Shown here: one piece after another, positions 37,183-49,629 of the stretch | Layout: every line of letters starts with the position of its first letter | Numbering within the stretch: the stretch's first letter is position 1 | Source: Amoebophrya sp. A120 | Lineage: Eukaryota; Protista; Dinoflagellata | Direction of reading: 5' to 3' | Assembly: GCA_905178155.1 (NCBI GenBank) | Contig: CAJINV010000005.1 | Span: forward strand, 6,594,153 to 6,658,152 | Length of the DNA: 64,000 bases | Notes under the pieces: generated by a model | Seen by the model: only the letters and a program-made list of their open reading frames with translations | What the model was told of the DNA's origin: nothing | The model's database searches: none | Position numbers and translations under genes: made by a program

Positions 37183-38130
37183 AGGTGAGCGGAGTCATTC
37201 CTGTGGTTGATACTTCTTTCACACAAGACGATGTCGAGGGATTTGGATGGGTTGTTGGGGGCTCTGTCCGTTTTTTATATCCATTTTTTATATCCATTTT
37301 TTTTACATCCATTTTTTTGAGAAGCGCAAATGTTAATGTAGGGAAAAGAAGGCCCGTGTCGGTGTCCGTCCCTTTCCGGTTAAGGGCACAATTCCATCAG
37401 AATCAAAACAAAGTTTGCGAAGGATGTCTCTCACTGTTGGAGGACCAAAAATCGACGATCCTTTTATTTTCAAAATAAGTCTATCGCATCCTGTAAATCA
37501 AAAATAAATCCTATCCGCACAACATGGTGATGTGATTGCGTGAGGGACTGCACTTCCTCGTTCGGTTACCCTTGGTGGTCCTTCTTCCTTGTGATCACAG
37601 GTGTTGCCCATCTTCTGTTACTTCGTTCATGATGAAGAATTGCGTTTGAAGAGTTCGAGAGGAAAGAGAGAGGAAGAGTGGTAGTCGATAGTGCAGCAAA
37701 AGGAAGAACATCGTCAAAAGTGGCGTCGTGGTCGTAATTATGCGGAGCAAATAGTAGAAGTTCCGAGACCGCGACTCCGCACGAGCGAAAAATACCTCGT
37801 GCAAACGGAGGAATGCTTGTGCTTCTCGGATGAAGCGGAGTTCTTTTGCTTTTCTCGTGTGCAGGATCTTCGGGCTCCGTGTAGATAGTTGTGCATCAGG
37901 CTGTAATGTTGATTTGTCTTGTGCGATGGCATGATCGTGGTTCTGACCACAACTTCTGTTCTTGGATTCATCAGTGTCAGTCATCCCTGAAAGTAGTCTC
38001 GTCCTGCAGCGAGCGTTTACCTCGCTATAGTACAGGGCTCGTGAGGTTGAGTTGTGCGGAACCAAACGAGAGAGAGAGAGTTTAAAGGTCCTTCTATCTT
38101 TTGCACCGCGCGCGAAGAAAGATCAACTGA

Positions 38131-41100
38131 AATGTCGAATCCCCAGTGTGACCCGTACAACAGACAACGCCGCGGGGCTGCGCCAGGTCCAAACCCCATC
38201 CACCCTTCCTCCCGCACGACGACTCGCGACAACTACTCTGAGACCGAAGTGGAGTCCAATGCGGAGCAGAGCTTATGCGTTGCAAAGATGGGTGGGTCTG
38301 GAAGGTTGCAACCTGTCATGCTAATTTTGGATAGTGCAAATCCAAATGCAAAAATCTGTGTTGCATGATTACCAAAAGCCGTCCACTTTTGACAAAGCTG
38401 AGAGGGAGTTTCTCATGCAGACGAGGCATGATAGAGGTCGGACAGAATCTGTCGTGCTGGGTCATGTATGACAGACCTCACGCGTCATGGAAAACCTGCA
38501 TGACAAGTCTTCCAACCTTCCAGACCTTTTTACATTTGATAGAGCTCCTTGCTCGATGATTTCGAAGACCAGGAGGATTACCTGGGCTTCGGCACCTACA
38601 ACTTTGGCGGCGGAAGTCGGAACAACAGCAAAATAAATCCGGCACAATCTAATTTTCGAAGCCTGCAAGAACAACAACAAGCGACGCAACTTCAAAGCGG
38701 AAGTCCAGCGGGAAGAAGTGTTAATCCGTTCTTCAACAAAGCCAGACTGCAGCTTCCGAAAAACACCGTGACCGGCGAGCAAATCTCCCAGTGGCTGCTC
38801 AAGCTCGGGTTCTGCCACAGCTACGAGGACTGCGTCGTGGCGATAAAAATTTTACTTAAGGACGAATTTCTGCTGCCATTCAACTACAACAGTGGTTCTG
38901 GAGATTTACTACAGTCAGCCACCAAGTCGTACTACAGCCAGCACTTTTACCGGCCCACCGGCGCAGCTCCTGCTAGTACAACGCGTGACAGCAGGGGAGA
39001 TGGGACGCGGTTCGAAGACGATGAGGAAGAGGATTTAGTTGTGACAGACGAACTGTTAGCTACTTCGCAAGATCATGCTGCCGGTAACAACAACAACAAC
39101 AGCAACTCCACACCTCCGACCACTGGACCCCAGTCGCTGCGGAGGGAAAACCAGGAAAGAAGAGGTTTTCTCGAGCGGTCCATCATAGAACCCGTGTTGC
39201 ACTCGATCTTTGTCGGTGCGGACGACAGCGGTTCAAGTATCCTGAGTAAAAACGTACCCACACCAGAGTCAAGATGGGGAATCGGCTAGACAAATCCACA
39301 AGTTTTGGCTGTTTTGCATGACAAATTTGGATTCGTAGTGTAGTGCTGTTTGAGCTAGCTCAGCAGCATCACAGATCTAGCATACCATTCTGATTGGAGC
39401 ATGACAAATTGCAAAACACGACTAGAAAATGCTTCTCATGGAGCTCCGCATGAGAAACATTTTCCGCATGCAGATTTGCATTACAACTCTGGCGTGGGTA
39501 CGTTTTTGCTCAGGATATCAAGTTCCTCCGAAGACGAACCCAAAATCACCGCTTATGGGTGTGTCAGGATCGAAATCGTCCAAGTTGAAAGAATTTGTAT
39601 TGCATATAATGCATGACGCGAGGCACGTGTGTTGTAGAGCAGGCAAGTGAGGCCGATTGTAAGCCTGTTTGGGGGTAGAGCTCGAGCTGCTAGAGTAGCA
39701 TGAGAAAATCGCTCTTCTTTGCCTAAACAGCATGACAAACTAGATTTAAGGACCGCCAAAATTTGTCATGCGCCACTTAGAAACTGGGTTCCGACTGGCA
39801 TCCATTTTTTGCATGACAAATCATTTCACCTTTGTCGATTTCGATCCTGGCAGTTCCATACCGCGTCCTCCACATCCTACATGTCCGCGCTGTGGGGCTT
39901 TTGCCGGCGGAACCCGCTGCCGGGGAGCGGGGCGTTTGCGAAGAACTTGAACGTGCGGCTGTACCACATCAACCACGTGGTTGGTCATGCAATGACAAAC
40001 AAGAACAAAACCAACCTGAACAAACGAGTAAATAAGCCACAGATGGTAAAATTGGGAAAATCGTTGGAGAACACGATTGTCGTCGAGGTTAATAACAGAA
40101 GCCAAACTTGTTCTTCTACCTTTGGAGGATCTGCTTCACAGCAACGAAACTACACGTCGTTGATCAATGATGAGAAAGAGAACTGCTTCCACATAGAAGA
40201 TTTGCCGTACCTCTACCACATTCTCTCCACCGCGTTGGGCTGGAACGTAAACAGTTTCTTCCGGGATAGGAACGCGGCGGCTCCTGCGGAAGATGTCGAA
40301 CTTGCGCCAAGCGAAAACGGGAAAGGTTCAACGAGAAGTCAGCATAGCTCACCTTCCACGATCGCTGGAACGACGACAGTTCTAGCCCAGCAGACCGCCT
40401 TTTTCACCTACAAAACAGTCCCGATCCTTGACAGCTTGCAAGAAGAACGACACCTTCTAGAACCGGACAACGCATCAACAACGAGAACAACGCACGTGAC
40501 GCCGAGGACGATCCACACCACTGCAGACAAGAACAGGAATGAACTTCTGCCAGACTTGTTGAACGATGCAAACGAAAGTAAAGATAGGGAAAACAGTAAA
40601 GAGTCCGCAAAATCTCTTACCTCTACTTCTCAACATCAACCGGCGCAAACTAATTATTCGGAGTCCGAGGGGATGCTGACTGCGCGCGACGAGATTCTTG
40701 CAGATAGTATGAACCACGTGCAGGCCCAGGCCAGTTCCGGCGCGGACGAGCAGAGTCAGGAAGAAATGTTGACCGCGAGGGAAGAGTTCAGTCAATTCGG
40801 TCCGCGTATCAAGCACAAAAATGTCTGGGTCTGGAAGAATGCATGTTTGTCATGCTTGTCTGGCATGCCTCTTAGATCTGTCATGCACGTTACCCAAGAG
40901 CTCCATTTTTCTGTGATGCAGAAACGCAGTCTGTCATGCAGAATAGGCAACACCTAGAGGCTCAGCAACTTGTCATGCTGAGCCAGCATTTGTGGCCTCA
41001 TCATGAGACGCCACCCAGCATCACAAGTTTCCAGACCCAGACATTTTTACATTTGATACCGCGAGGCGAGGAACTACGTGGGTCTTTCGGCGACATCCCC

Positions 41101-44100
41101 GAGGAGTTTTCGCCTGTGAAACGGAATATCAGTGCAGCTGGGTCGACGTCCCCGTTCTTTGATAGAAGTAGTTCTCGCATTTCTTCTGACAACTTTCTCC
41201 GGTACAACACGCCGCTCTCCCTCGTCGCGCACGGAAAAGTGGTGGAATTTTCCAAGAAGGTCGACTTTTTGGAGCCGAATGGCGTGCGGAAGTCGAAGCT
41301 CCAGCTGAAACTCCGGGAGGACTATTCCGAACTTGACCCTCAGAGTAATCCAAGCTTCGGCCAGGGAGCGCCCGGGCATTTGTTCACCTTCTGCAAGGTG
41401 CCGAACCAAGATTTGTTGTACGATGATATTAACCCCCACCACGTCGGGTCCCTCCGTGGTTACTACGGAGGTGGAACATCAGGTGGTCCTTGCACGCAAT
41501 CCACAACGGCTACTTCCGGATCGGAAGCGAGTGAAAGAGGGCGGAACAATTATCGCGGTACTACTTCTCCCAGCGAAATAAACGACGTGATCCACTACGG
41601 CGATTTACTTCTGCTGCAACCCAAAGTCGCCAAGGCGTCGGACGAGCTAGATTTCCAGAACTTCGGCACCTACTGCATGTTGGTGTCGGCCCGGTTCGGG
41701 GTCAGCGGCCCGGTGGACCTGAGCGACGAATTCAATTCCGGAGTGATTCTGCTAACGTCCAACGCGGTAATAAAAGACCCGGACATCGACGAACACGCAA
41801 CCGCGTCGGTGCCGCTGGTGCCCACAGACCTCACCGCCCTGTCCCTAATCAAGCGCAACGCAATTCGGCTTGGCGGCTACATCGGGTTCTACAGTGACGG
41901 CACGGTGAATTACCTGGAGCCGCAAACCGCGACAAACAAGGACGCGGCCAGTAGTACCCTATGTAAAAACGTCCCCACCCCATGGTCAAGATGGGGACTT
42001 TGCAAGACGAACCTAGGAGTTTTGGGAGTTACGCATGACAAGTTGCACTCCGTAGTGTAGGGCAGGTTAGAAAGTGCAGCCGCGTCACAGATCCATCTGC
42101 TTATCCTGTTCCCAGCATCACAAATTCCAAAACACGACTGGAATGGTCTACCATGGGTATGCGCATCACAAATGTCCTTGTCATTGTAAATCTGCATGGC
42201 AACTCTGGGGTGGGGACGTTTTTCCTCAGGATAAGTAGCGGCGGGTCGACACTGTTCACGAAAACGACGACGGTAGACCAGCGGATTTTGCATCAACTAG
42301 TCCCCTCCACGTTCCAGATTTTGCCGGCTACTTCGCGGTCAAGGTCTCAGCAACACTACCAGCATTTTGGAAACAATGGTAACCACAGCGCCAGCAGCAC
42401 ATCACCTGCTCTACAACAACTTCCGGACGCAACCTCTTTCGAAAGTTTTTACTCGGTCGGGAGCGAAAATTTTTATAACGGAAACCACAGAGACGGAGCA
42501 ATGGTAAGTAGTAGCACCACAACCTCGTCCACACAAGAAGAAACGACAACTTTTTCCCTCTTAGTATACAACATTTGGATGATGCCGAAGTTGCTGACCG
42601 ACTGGTTACCCAAAGCGCTGAACCTGTCTCCCGGGAAATTTTACCGGTCTCGCCTGATCCCGCACAAAATTCCCAAGACCGACGTGCTGGTGTTCTGTGA
42701 AGCCTTTTTATCGCAAGAAAAAAGTGGTACAGTTACACATTGTGTTGCAGGCCAAGCAAGACAGGCAATCTCTGTAATGCCGGATCTGCATAGGAGCCTC
42801 GTTTCGTAGGTGTTTCCCGTAGGATTTCTGCATTACAAGTTTTCTCTCTCATGCAGAGAAATTTGTGTTGCTGAATTCACTACAAATGTGTAACTGTAAC
42901 ACTTTTTTCGTGGGATACTTTTGCGACTTGGAGATGGACCTGATCGGGCAGATTCTGCGGATATGCAAGAAAAAAAGAAGAATTGTAAGTTTGTGTTGCG
43001 AAGGAGACAAGACAGTCACACTTGTCATGCTGGATGTGCGTCATAGGCTTGCTCCATACGCGTTTTCACGCACTCGCTGCGCTGCATTACAAGTTGTTTC
43101 TGTAATGCAAAACAAATTTGTGATGCCACTCTCATACTAAGTACACACTTACACATTTTTTTTTTCGGGCATAGTGGAAGCAGTACGGCTACTGCTATGA
43201 CACCGTGGCGCCCCTGTCCGCGATCCTGAACTCGGGCGTGAAGATTTACTCCAAGCTATCCTATGTAGAAACGTCCCCACCCCATAGTCAAGCTGTACAC
43301 ACAAATTACATGATCAAGCATGACACACATAGATCCGTACACCTTTGCAAATGCTTCGCTCTAGTGCGTTGCATTCTGGTTTTTGTTTTACATCATTTTC
43401 ATTTTCACATACTCATTATAAAAATACATACACATAAGTAGATTATAGTCATTCTAATTGCGCGAAAGTAGTTGGTTGCGGACGGTAGTAGTTTCAGCGA
43501 ATGGTAGTGAGCCGGCACCCTCGGTGTGCCATTCGCATGACCTTGATTCTACTTACGCGAGCACCCACAGGCTCCGAGTTGCCTATGTTCTAGGTCAGAA
43601 CAGCGACCCGACCAGAGCCTGCGGGACCCCGAGGGCAGAAGTCCCCAACCCCTACAAGCACGCGCATAGCAATAAATACAGTACTATATATTAACAATGG
43701 CCACATAGAATAGCACGTTTTTCTCTTCTCGTCGTAGTTGGTTCTCCACACTCCTTTCCTGAAAATTTGAAGTTTCTCTGTGCTTTATTTTGGTCTCTTC
43801 CAGTACATAAACACCCCATAGTCAAGCTGGGAAATGTGCTAGACAAATCAATTACCTTTGGTCGCTGCGCATGACAAGTTTGGCCTCGTAGTGCGATTCT
43901 GTTTAGCTAGCGTCAGCAGCATGACAGATCTAGCACATCATGCCCATCCGAGCATCACAAACTCGAAAGCACGACTGGAAAACGCTGCTCATGGGGTTCC
44001 GCATGAGAAACATTTTTACTATGCAGCTTTGCATGACAGCTATGGGGCGGGTGCGTTTTTGCATAGGATAAATGCACAAGATTTTGAAAGCGGAATCGAA

Positions 44101-46648
44101 AATTTTTGAAAAGTGGAGCGGTGACGTATCATATGTAAAAACACCCCCACACCACAGTCAAGATGGGAAGTCTGCAACACAAATCCCCAAGTTTTGGGAG
44201 TTCTGCATGACAAATTTGGCCACATGGTGTAATCCTGTTTGGCTAGTTCAGCAGCATCACAGACCTAGCGCATCATGCCGATTGGAGCATGACAAATCTC
44301 GCAACACGACTAAAAAATGCCTCTCTCGGGGCTCCGCATGAGAAGCATTTTTACCATGCAGGTTTGCATGACAACTCTGGGGTCGTGGGGGCGTTTTTGC
44401 ATAGGATATGACGAGGGCGCTGCGAGCAAGGGCGTTACGTACGCGGAGATTGTGATGCACCAAAAGAGTTTTCACGTGTTCGCGGCGCACTTGCAGGCGT
44501 GGGAGAGCGCCAACGCGGTGAAGGCGAGGGAGTCGCAGATTTTAGAAATTCACGACTTCATCCAGGCGCAGGACATTCCGGAAACGGAGCCGGTCTTCAT
44601 CGTGGGGATATGCAAAAAGATACAACTTCTGCGCAAAAGTTGACTTTGTCATCATGCTAGAAGAGATCAGGGCAAATTTCTACGGCAATTTCAAAATTAT
44701 TGTTTTTGTCATGCGTTCGCGTTTAGGTTCACTTCGAGAGCAGCAACTTTTGCCATGCATACAGGGATCTGAACATCGACTTTTTTGACCGGAGTGGGGA
44801 ATACGAGTTTTTGATCTCCTCGCTCGACGCCGACAATTATCTGAACAACAGTATTTGGCAGACGTACCAGAAAACTACGCGACCAGGATTTCCGCCGAGT
44901 CGGATGACTCCCATATCACAAGGAAAAATCCCCCCTCCCCATATCAAAACGAAGTTTCTGATGCTGGATATGCGTACACAAATCCGACTTGTCTTGCAGT
45001 AGAGCACTGCGGCCGGATCCGCAGCCTAGGTAGGAGCGTTTTGGTCTAGTTGGCATTGCAAACGGCTACCCTATACCTAGGACCAGCAGCATGCCAAATC
45101 GCTTCCGCAATTGGTTGGATGCCTCTGCTCTTGTCTTCTTGCAAGACAAACCTGATTTGTGGTCACAAATCAGCAATGCAAATTTTCGCAAAGAGAAAGA
45201 TACCTTTTCAATATGGGGAGGGGGGATTTTTCCTCTCAATATCCCAACGCGGCCGCACGTGTGGAGAAAAAAGTGCAGCAGTACTACGCGAAAAGCATGG
45301 TGGCCGCCGGCGGGGAGGAAGTGAAGCAGCTGGAGACGGATCATTTGTTAAAGAACAACGAGTATGGATTGTAAAAATGTCTGGGGCTGGAAAATTGCTA
45401 CATTTGTCTTGCATGTCTGACATGACTCAAGAATCTGTGATGCATGGGCACGAAGCGGTCCTCTTACCTGTCACGCAAGAACGCAGTTTGCCATGCGGAA
45501 CACGCAACACATAGGAGCCCAAAAATTTGTCATGCTTGGCTTCGTATTGCAGTGGGCCTCTCATTCACCTCTAGCATTACAAGTTTCCAGACCCAGACAT
45601 ATTTGCAATGCATAACGAGGAAGAGAATTCCGACGGCATGATCAACAGCAACGACGAGGAAGAAGCGGAAGAGATCATTACCACCAAACCGGCGACCGAA
45701 ATGGGCATGGACGCCTTGAGTTCCGTGAAAATTTTAACCAAGACAAGCCCAGCGAAAAACAAGAATTTGAAAACCACGGTGGGCGGACCTTCGGGCGGCA
45801 TGCCGAGCCAGGGCGAGGGAGAGGACGAGGAAAATTTATTGAACGCGGATTTTGCAACTGATGCAACCACCGGTCGTAGTTCAAAAAAGGAGAAAAAGAA
45901 GAAATCTTCAGCGAAAAAATCAGAGGGTGATAATTCTCACCCCGTGGTCTCCTCTTCTTCCGGTTTGTTGAACGACAAAACGTCGGGAAATAAACAAAAT
46001 ATGAACCAACGTGCGAAGGAAAACGAGGTTTTTTCTTCCCCGTTGTTCCACGACCGGTTCGTGGAAGTGGGAAATCTTGCGGAAAACAAGAGTCCTGTTT
46101 CTGGATCAACTTCCAGCAGTACTAGAACCACCTCCAAGCAGCAGAATAGTTGTACTAAACCACATCTGCTGCCGCACGACTGGGCCTTTTCCGTCGATCC
46201 GGCGCTGAATCAGTGGATGCAGCTGGGCTCCATCAGTGCCGATGACAAGGCCCAGTGCTTGGACCACATTCTCGTGTCCCGACGACATCTCCAGCCCAAA
46301 CTGGTGAGCAGTAGAGATCATCAGGATCCCGCGGTAGTACCGAGCGGCGCCCAAGCAGCTGTAAACACCGTAAAGGTACTCCGGCTGCGGGCGCGAGAGG
46401 ACGAAGCCTTCCCGCACGATGCTGCAACAGGAGCAAACACGACCACCTCGGGAGGCGATGGAAACAGTGGGAGGAGTAAAAATGCGGTCGCGCCGGAGAT
46501 CATGAGCAGAGACGAAAACAACTCTACGAATAATTCATTGTCGCCAAGCAAGGGATCAAGGGCGGCGCGGAGGAAAGACGGCATTGAAGTAATGGAAATG
46601 CGGGATTTGTCGGACCACTTTCCTATCATGGGAACTTTTCGCTTTTGA
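38131..46648 (+). CDS. DEP-domain + neutral sphingomyelinase-like EEP-superfamily phosphodiesterase
   Basis: DEP-like NTVTGEQISQWLLKLGFCHSYEDCVVAIKILLKDEFL...FYR. EEP motifs LLVYNIW, DVLVFCEAF, NSGVKIYSK, KGVTYAEI, HVFAAHLQA, PVFIVGDLNID (after splicing), LDHILV and LSDHFPI. Twelve introners. Confidence 0.8.
38274..38541. mobile_element. Introner family A
   Basis: TIR; TSD GAGCT. Confidence 0.85.
39238..39517. mobile_element. Introner family C
   Basis: TIR; TSD TCAAG. Confidence 0.92.
39554..39860. mobile_element. Introner family G
   Basis: TIR; TSD CCGCT/CCGCG; similar to 3734-4040. Confidence 0.88.
40807..41058. mobile_element. Introner family A
   Basis: TIR; TSD CCGCG. Confidence 0.9.
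41955..42233. mobile_element. Introner family C (left end TACC)
   Basis: TIR; TSD AGTAG. Confidence 0.88.
42709..42917. mobile_element. Introner family B
   Basis: TIR; TSD CTTTT. Confidence 0.88.
42962..43173. mobile_element. Introner family B-like
   Basis: Imperfect TIR; TSD GCGGA/GTGGA. Confidence 0.82.
43257..44070. mobile_element. Introner family C with nested 516-bp insertion
   Basis: TIR TATCCTATG.../...CATAGGATA; internal 18-bp duplication 43278-43295 / 43812-43829. Confidence 0.85.
44127..44408. mobile_element. Introner family C
   Basis: TIR; TSD TGACG. Confidence 0.88.
44609..44761. mobile_element. Degenerate introner splitting the GDLN motif
   Basis: TATGCA...TGCATA; +5 removal restores VGDLNID and can be read as a GA-AG intron. 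Confidence 0.75.
44914..45241. mobile_element. Introner family E
   Basis: TIR; TSD TCCCA. Confidence 0.9.
45363..45614. mobile_element. Introner family A
   Basis: TIR; TSD ACGAG. Confidence 0.88.
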
Positions 46649-47581
46649 TTTGAAATGATTTTTTTTGGCCCGCGTGGCAACAGTTTCCAATTGTCATGTC
46701 GTGATGTCTTGACCTTGAATCAGTTTCGTTTCTTGAAAAACCAATGCGCGACTTGTTCTACTTCTTTCAGCAGTTGTTGTGTATAATGTACAGAAAGAAC
46801 GAGGCAGCAGGGTTACTTTCTTTGTGTGCATCTTCGGGTTGTAGACGACTTCGAATGCACGGAGTTGTAATGCTACTTCTGTATGATTTTATTTTCGCCG
46901 CCATTTTTCCGGTAACCAAACCTATACCATACTGCAACTTGGACAATGAAAATGAATCGCTATGTTTTGAACTTTCGTACAAAAAGGCAAATTTGGATGC
47001 GCTGTATTTTGTATGGCAAAGGCGAGGCGAGAAGGAGAAAATCATGAAGCAAAATCCCAGCGACTACTTACAGCAGCACTCCTTGTTAGTACCACGGCGT
47101 CGGTCGTTGTCGTTCTGTATTGAGCATCCGCATCTTTACCCTTGTCGTGGACTATGAGTCTTGTCTTGCCCCGACGAGGCCCTCGAGAGTGAGCTGCTAC
47201 ACTCGCACCCCTCAATTTCACAGACCACTACGCCCCTGAGCAGACGGGGTGTCTACTGCAAAAAAGTTCCTTATACGAGTGCAAAGAAATAATCGAAAAA
47301 AAAGGTCGTTTCGTCTTTATGTGAAATTATCGAAAGAGGACGAGAGAAGTTGTGAGTAGAGCTGCAAAGAAATGGTCGTCGCTGCGCTGCAGCATCAAGC
47401 GGGAGAGTTGAAAGTAATCCACATACAAGCCACTTGCTTGATGTTGTACAAGATCTTTAGCAAAATAAAAGGAGAGCACGAGTAGGAGTACACCTGCTCA
47501 ACGCTTCATATTGAACGTTGAAAGGTGGTTTTTCACAACGCCTACTTTTCTTGGAGTGTTAGCTAGAACTAACCCAACATC

Positions 47582-49629
47582 ATGCCTAGTTCCTCGAGTA
47601 CGTCTAACGCGGTCCCCGCGACCCCCGCGGTAGACAAGCGGAAGCGCAAGACAACCTCCCACGACGACACGATCACCTCCGGTGCTGGTGCAGCCACGAC
47701 GGGTAGTAAGAAACAGAAACAGCAGCAGAGCACCAGCAACGCAGGGACAACTGGGACATCTTCTGCAACCACGCAGGGGAACAACAGAGAAAACAAGCAG
47801 CAGTCTAAAGCCACAACCTCTGCTGGTGGTGCGGCCGTGGCGGGAACTACACACGGGCACAAGAACAGTAATAAGCAGGCGCAGATGCACCAGCAGCAGC
47901 AGCAGAACATGGATAATTTTCTGAACAACGACATCAACCTGCAGCACGAGCTGGCCACCGTCTCCGCGCCCGATCCCATCGCCTTGTTGCCCCAGTTGGC
48001 AGACGAGTTCCAGCGGTCGAACGGGAATGCGGGCAAACAGGGCGGCACGGTGAAGTTTACCAACGCGGACATCAAGGAACTCCGGACCAGCGGGTTCACC
48101 ACCATTGACTCGCTTCACTACCCACCCATGCGGAAGTTGCTCGCGATCCGGGGCATTTCCGAACAGAAAGCGGAGTTGCTGTGCAAGATCGGCCGCCAGT
48201 GCGCCAACTCGAGTTCCTCTTCTCGGCTGGAGTTTCAGTCGGCGCAGGACCACCTGGTCCAGGTGCGGCAGCAGTTTGTGAAGAAGATTTCGACCGGCTC
48301 GAGCAAGCTGGACGCGCTGTTGCAGGGCGGCATTGAGACCTCGTCGATCACGGAGATCTTCGGCGAGTTTCGGTCGGGCAAGACCCAGCTGGTGCACACC
48401 TTGTGCGTGATGGCCCAATTCCCCGTCGACCAGGGGGGCTGCGAGGGAAAAGTCTGCTTCATCGATACCGAGGGCACCTTCCGTCCGGAGCGGCTGCAGC
48501 AGGTGGCCGAACGGTTCGAGGTCGACAAGAACGACGTGCTGGATAACGTGGTGGTTTGCCGGGCGCACAACACGGAGCACCAAACGCAGTTGCTGACGGA
48601 GGCCGCGATTCTGATGGCCGAGCAGAAGTTCGGCCTGTTGGTGGTCGACTCCGTGACGAACCTCTACCGGACTGAGTACTCCGGGCGCGGTGAACTGGCG
48701 GACCGGCAGCAGCACCTGGGCCGCTTTCTGCGGTACATCCAGCGGTTGGCGGACGAATTTGGCATCGCGGTGGTCTTGACAAACCAGGTATAAATGTGAT
48801 GACTTGTTGAAGCGCTGTTTGCATTGTTTCTCATGGGAGGAAGCAGGAGATCAGATCTCTTGCTAGACCTCTGTTTTGTGATGCACAAACGAACCGTGTG
48901 CTGGCAGCGACGGACTGAGATCTTTGTCATGGATGCTTAGACACAATTGCAAGCATTAGCATTGACTAAGACGCGATCGTGAGATGAACAACCACTAAAA
49001 AATCAGGTCTGTGCGAAAGTCGACGGCACGGCAGCTTACGGTCCGAGTCACTGCCCGATCGGAGGGCACTATCCCACGAGAAAACTGTTTCCCTGTAACG
49101 ATCATTTTGCACTTTCACTTTCAGCATGATCACAATAAGTTTGTGACACACGACAAAGAAAAAAGTCCGCCATGCGTCCTTTCCAAGGGACGAAATCAAC
49201 GCGGATAAGGATGATCCCGTGGTGTCGTGTATCAATGTCTACTAGCAAGACAAATACGACTTGTGTAGGGCGTAATACTTTGTCCATCACAACAAGTCTG
49301 CACAGGGAAGTAGCAGTTTTTCCTCGTGATAGCCACGTGTTGGCGCATGCGTGTCAGACCCGGCTGTCCTTGCGGAAGGGGAAAGCGGAGGGACGGTTAT
49401 GCGAGTACACAACTACTTTTCCTCTCTCTCATTTTTGTCATGCGGAAGCTACATTTCTGTAGATTGTTTCTGTTGCTGTCCATGTCATGACACTTAAGTA
49501 CAAATGAAAGGCAGGGGAAGTAGAAGTTGTGCAGTCTCATAAAGGTTCTGCAAAATCTACGACTCACCCCACCTGCCCGAAGGGGAAGCGCCGTTTGTGA
49601 TCAGTGAGGGGGGAGTGGCGGACGACTAA
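47582..49629 (+). CDS. RAD51: DNA recombinase RAD51 with long low-complexity N-terminal extension
   Basis: Walker A GEFRSGKTQ, FIDTEGTFRPER, LYRTEYSGRGELADRQQHLGRFLR..LADEFGIAVVLTNQV. After splicing 48788-49006, 49070-49331 and 49398-49541: PIGGHVLAHACQTRLSLRKG...CKIYDSPHLPEGEA...GVADD*. Confidence 0.93.
48788..49006 (+). other. Canonical GT-AG intron in RAD51
   Basis: AACCAG|GTATAA...AATCAG|GTC restores TNQVCAKVDG. Confidence 0.88.
49070..49331. mobile_element. Introner in RAD51 (TATCCCACGAGAAAACTG)
   Basis: TIR; TSD GGCAC/GCCAC; restores PIGGHVLAHA. Confidence 0.9.
49398..49541. mobile_element. Introner family D-like in RAD51
   Basis: TIR; TSD ACGGT/AAGGT; restores GRFCKIYDSP. Confidence 0.88.

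Noticed and set aside
43497-43620. tRNA, SRP RNA or hammerhead/HDV ribozyme call for the hairpins
   Set aside because: Diagnostic motifs (T-loop GTTCRA, CTGATGA...GAAA, SRP domain IV) were not found by eye; left as unclassified structure.
47498-48715. 405-aa minus-strand ORF
   Set aside because: Antisense shadow of the GC3-rich RAD51 exon.
47582-49629. DMC1 as an alternative identity
   Set aside because: LYRTEYSGRGEL, HLGRFLR and LADEFG match RAD51 rather than DMC1 (LFRVDF, KL.QML, ISEE).
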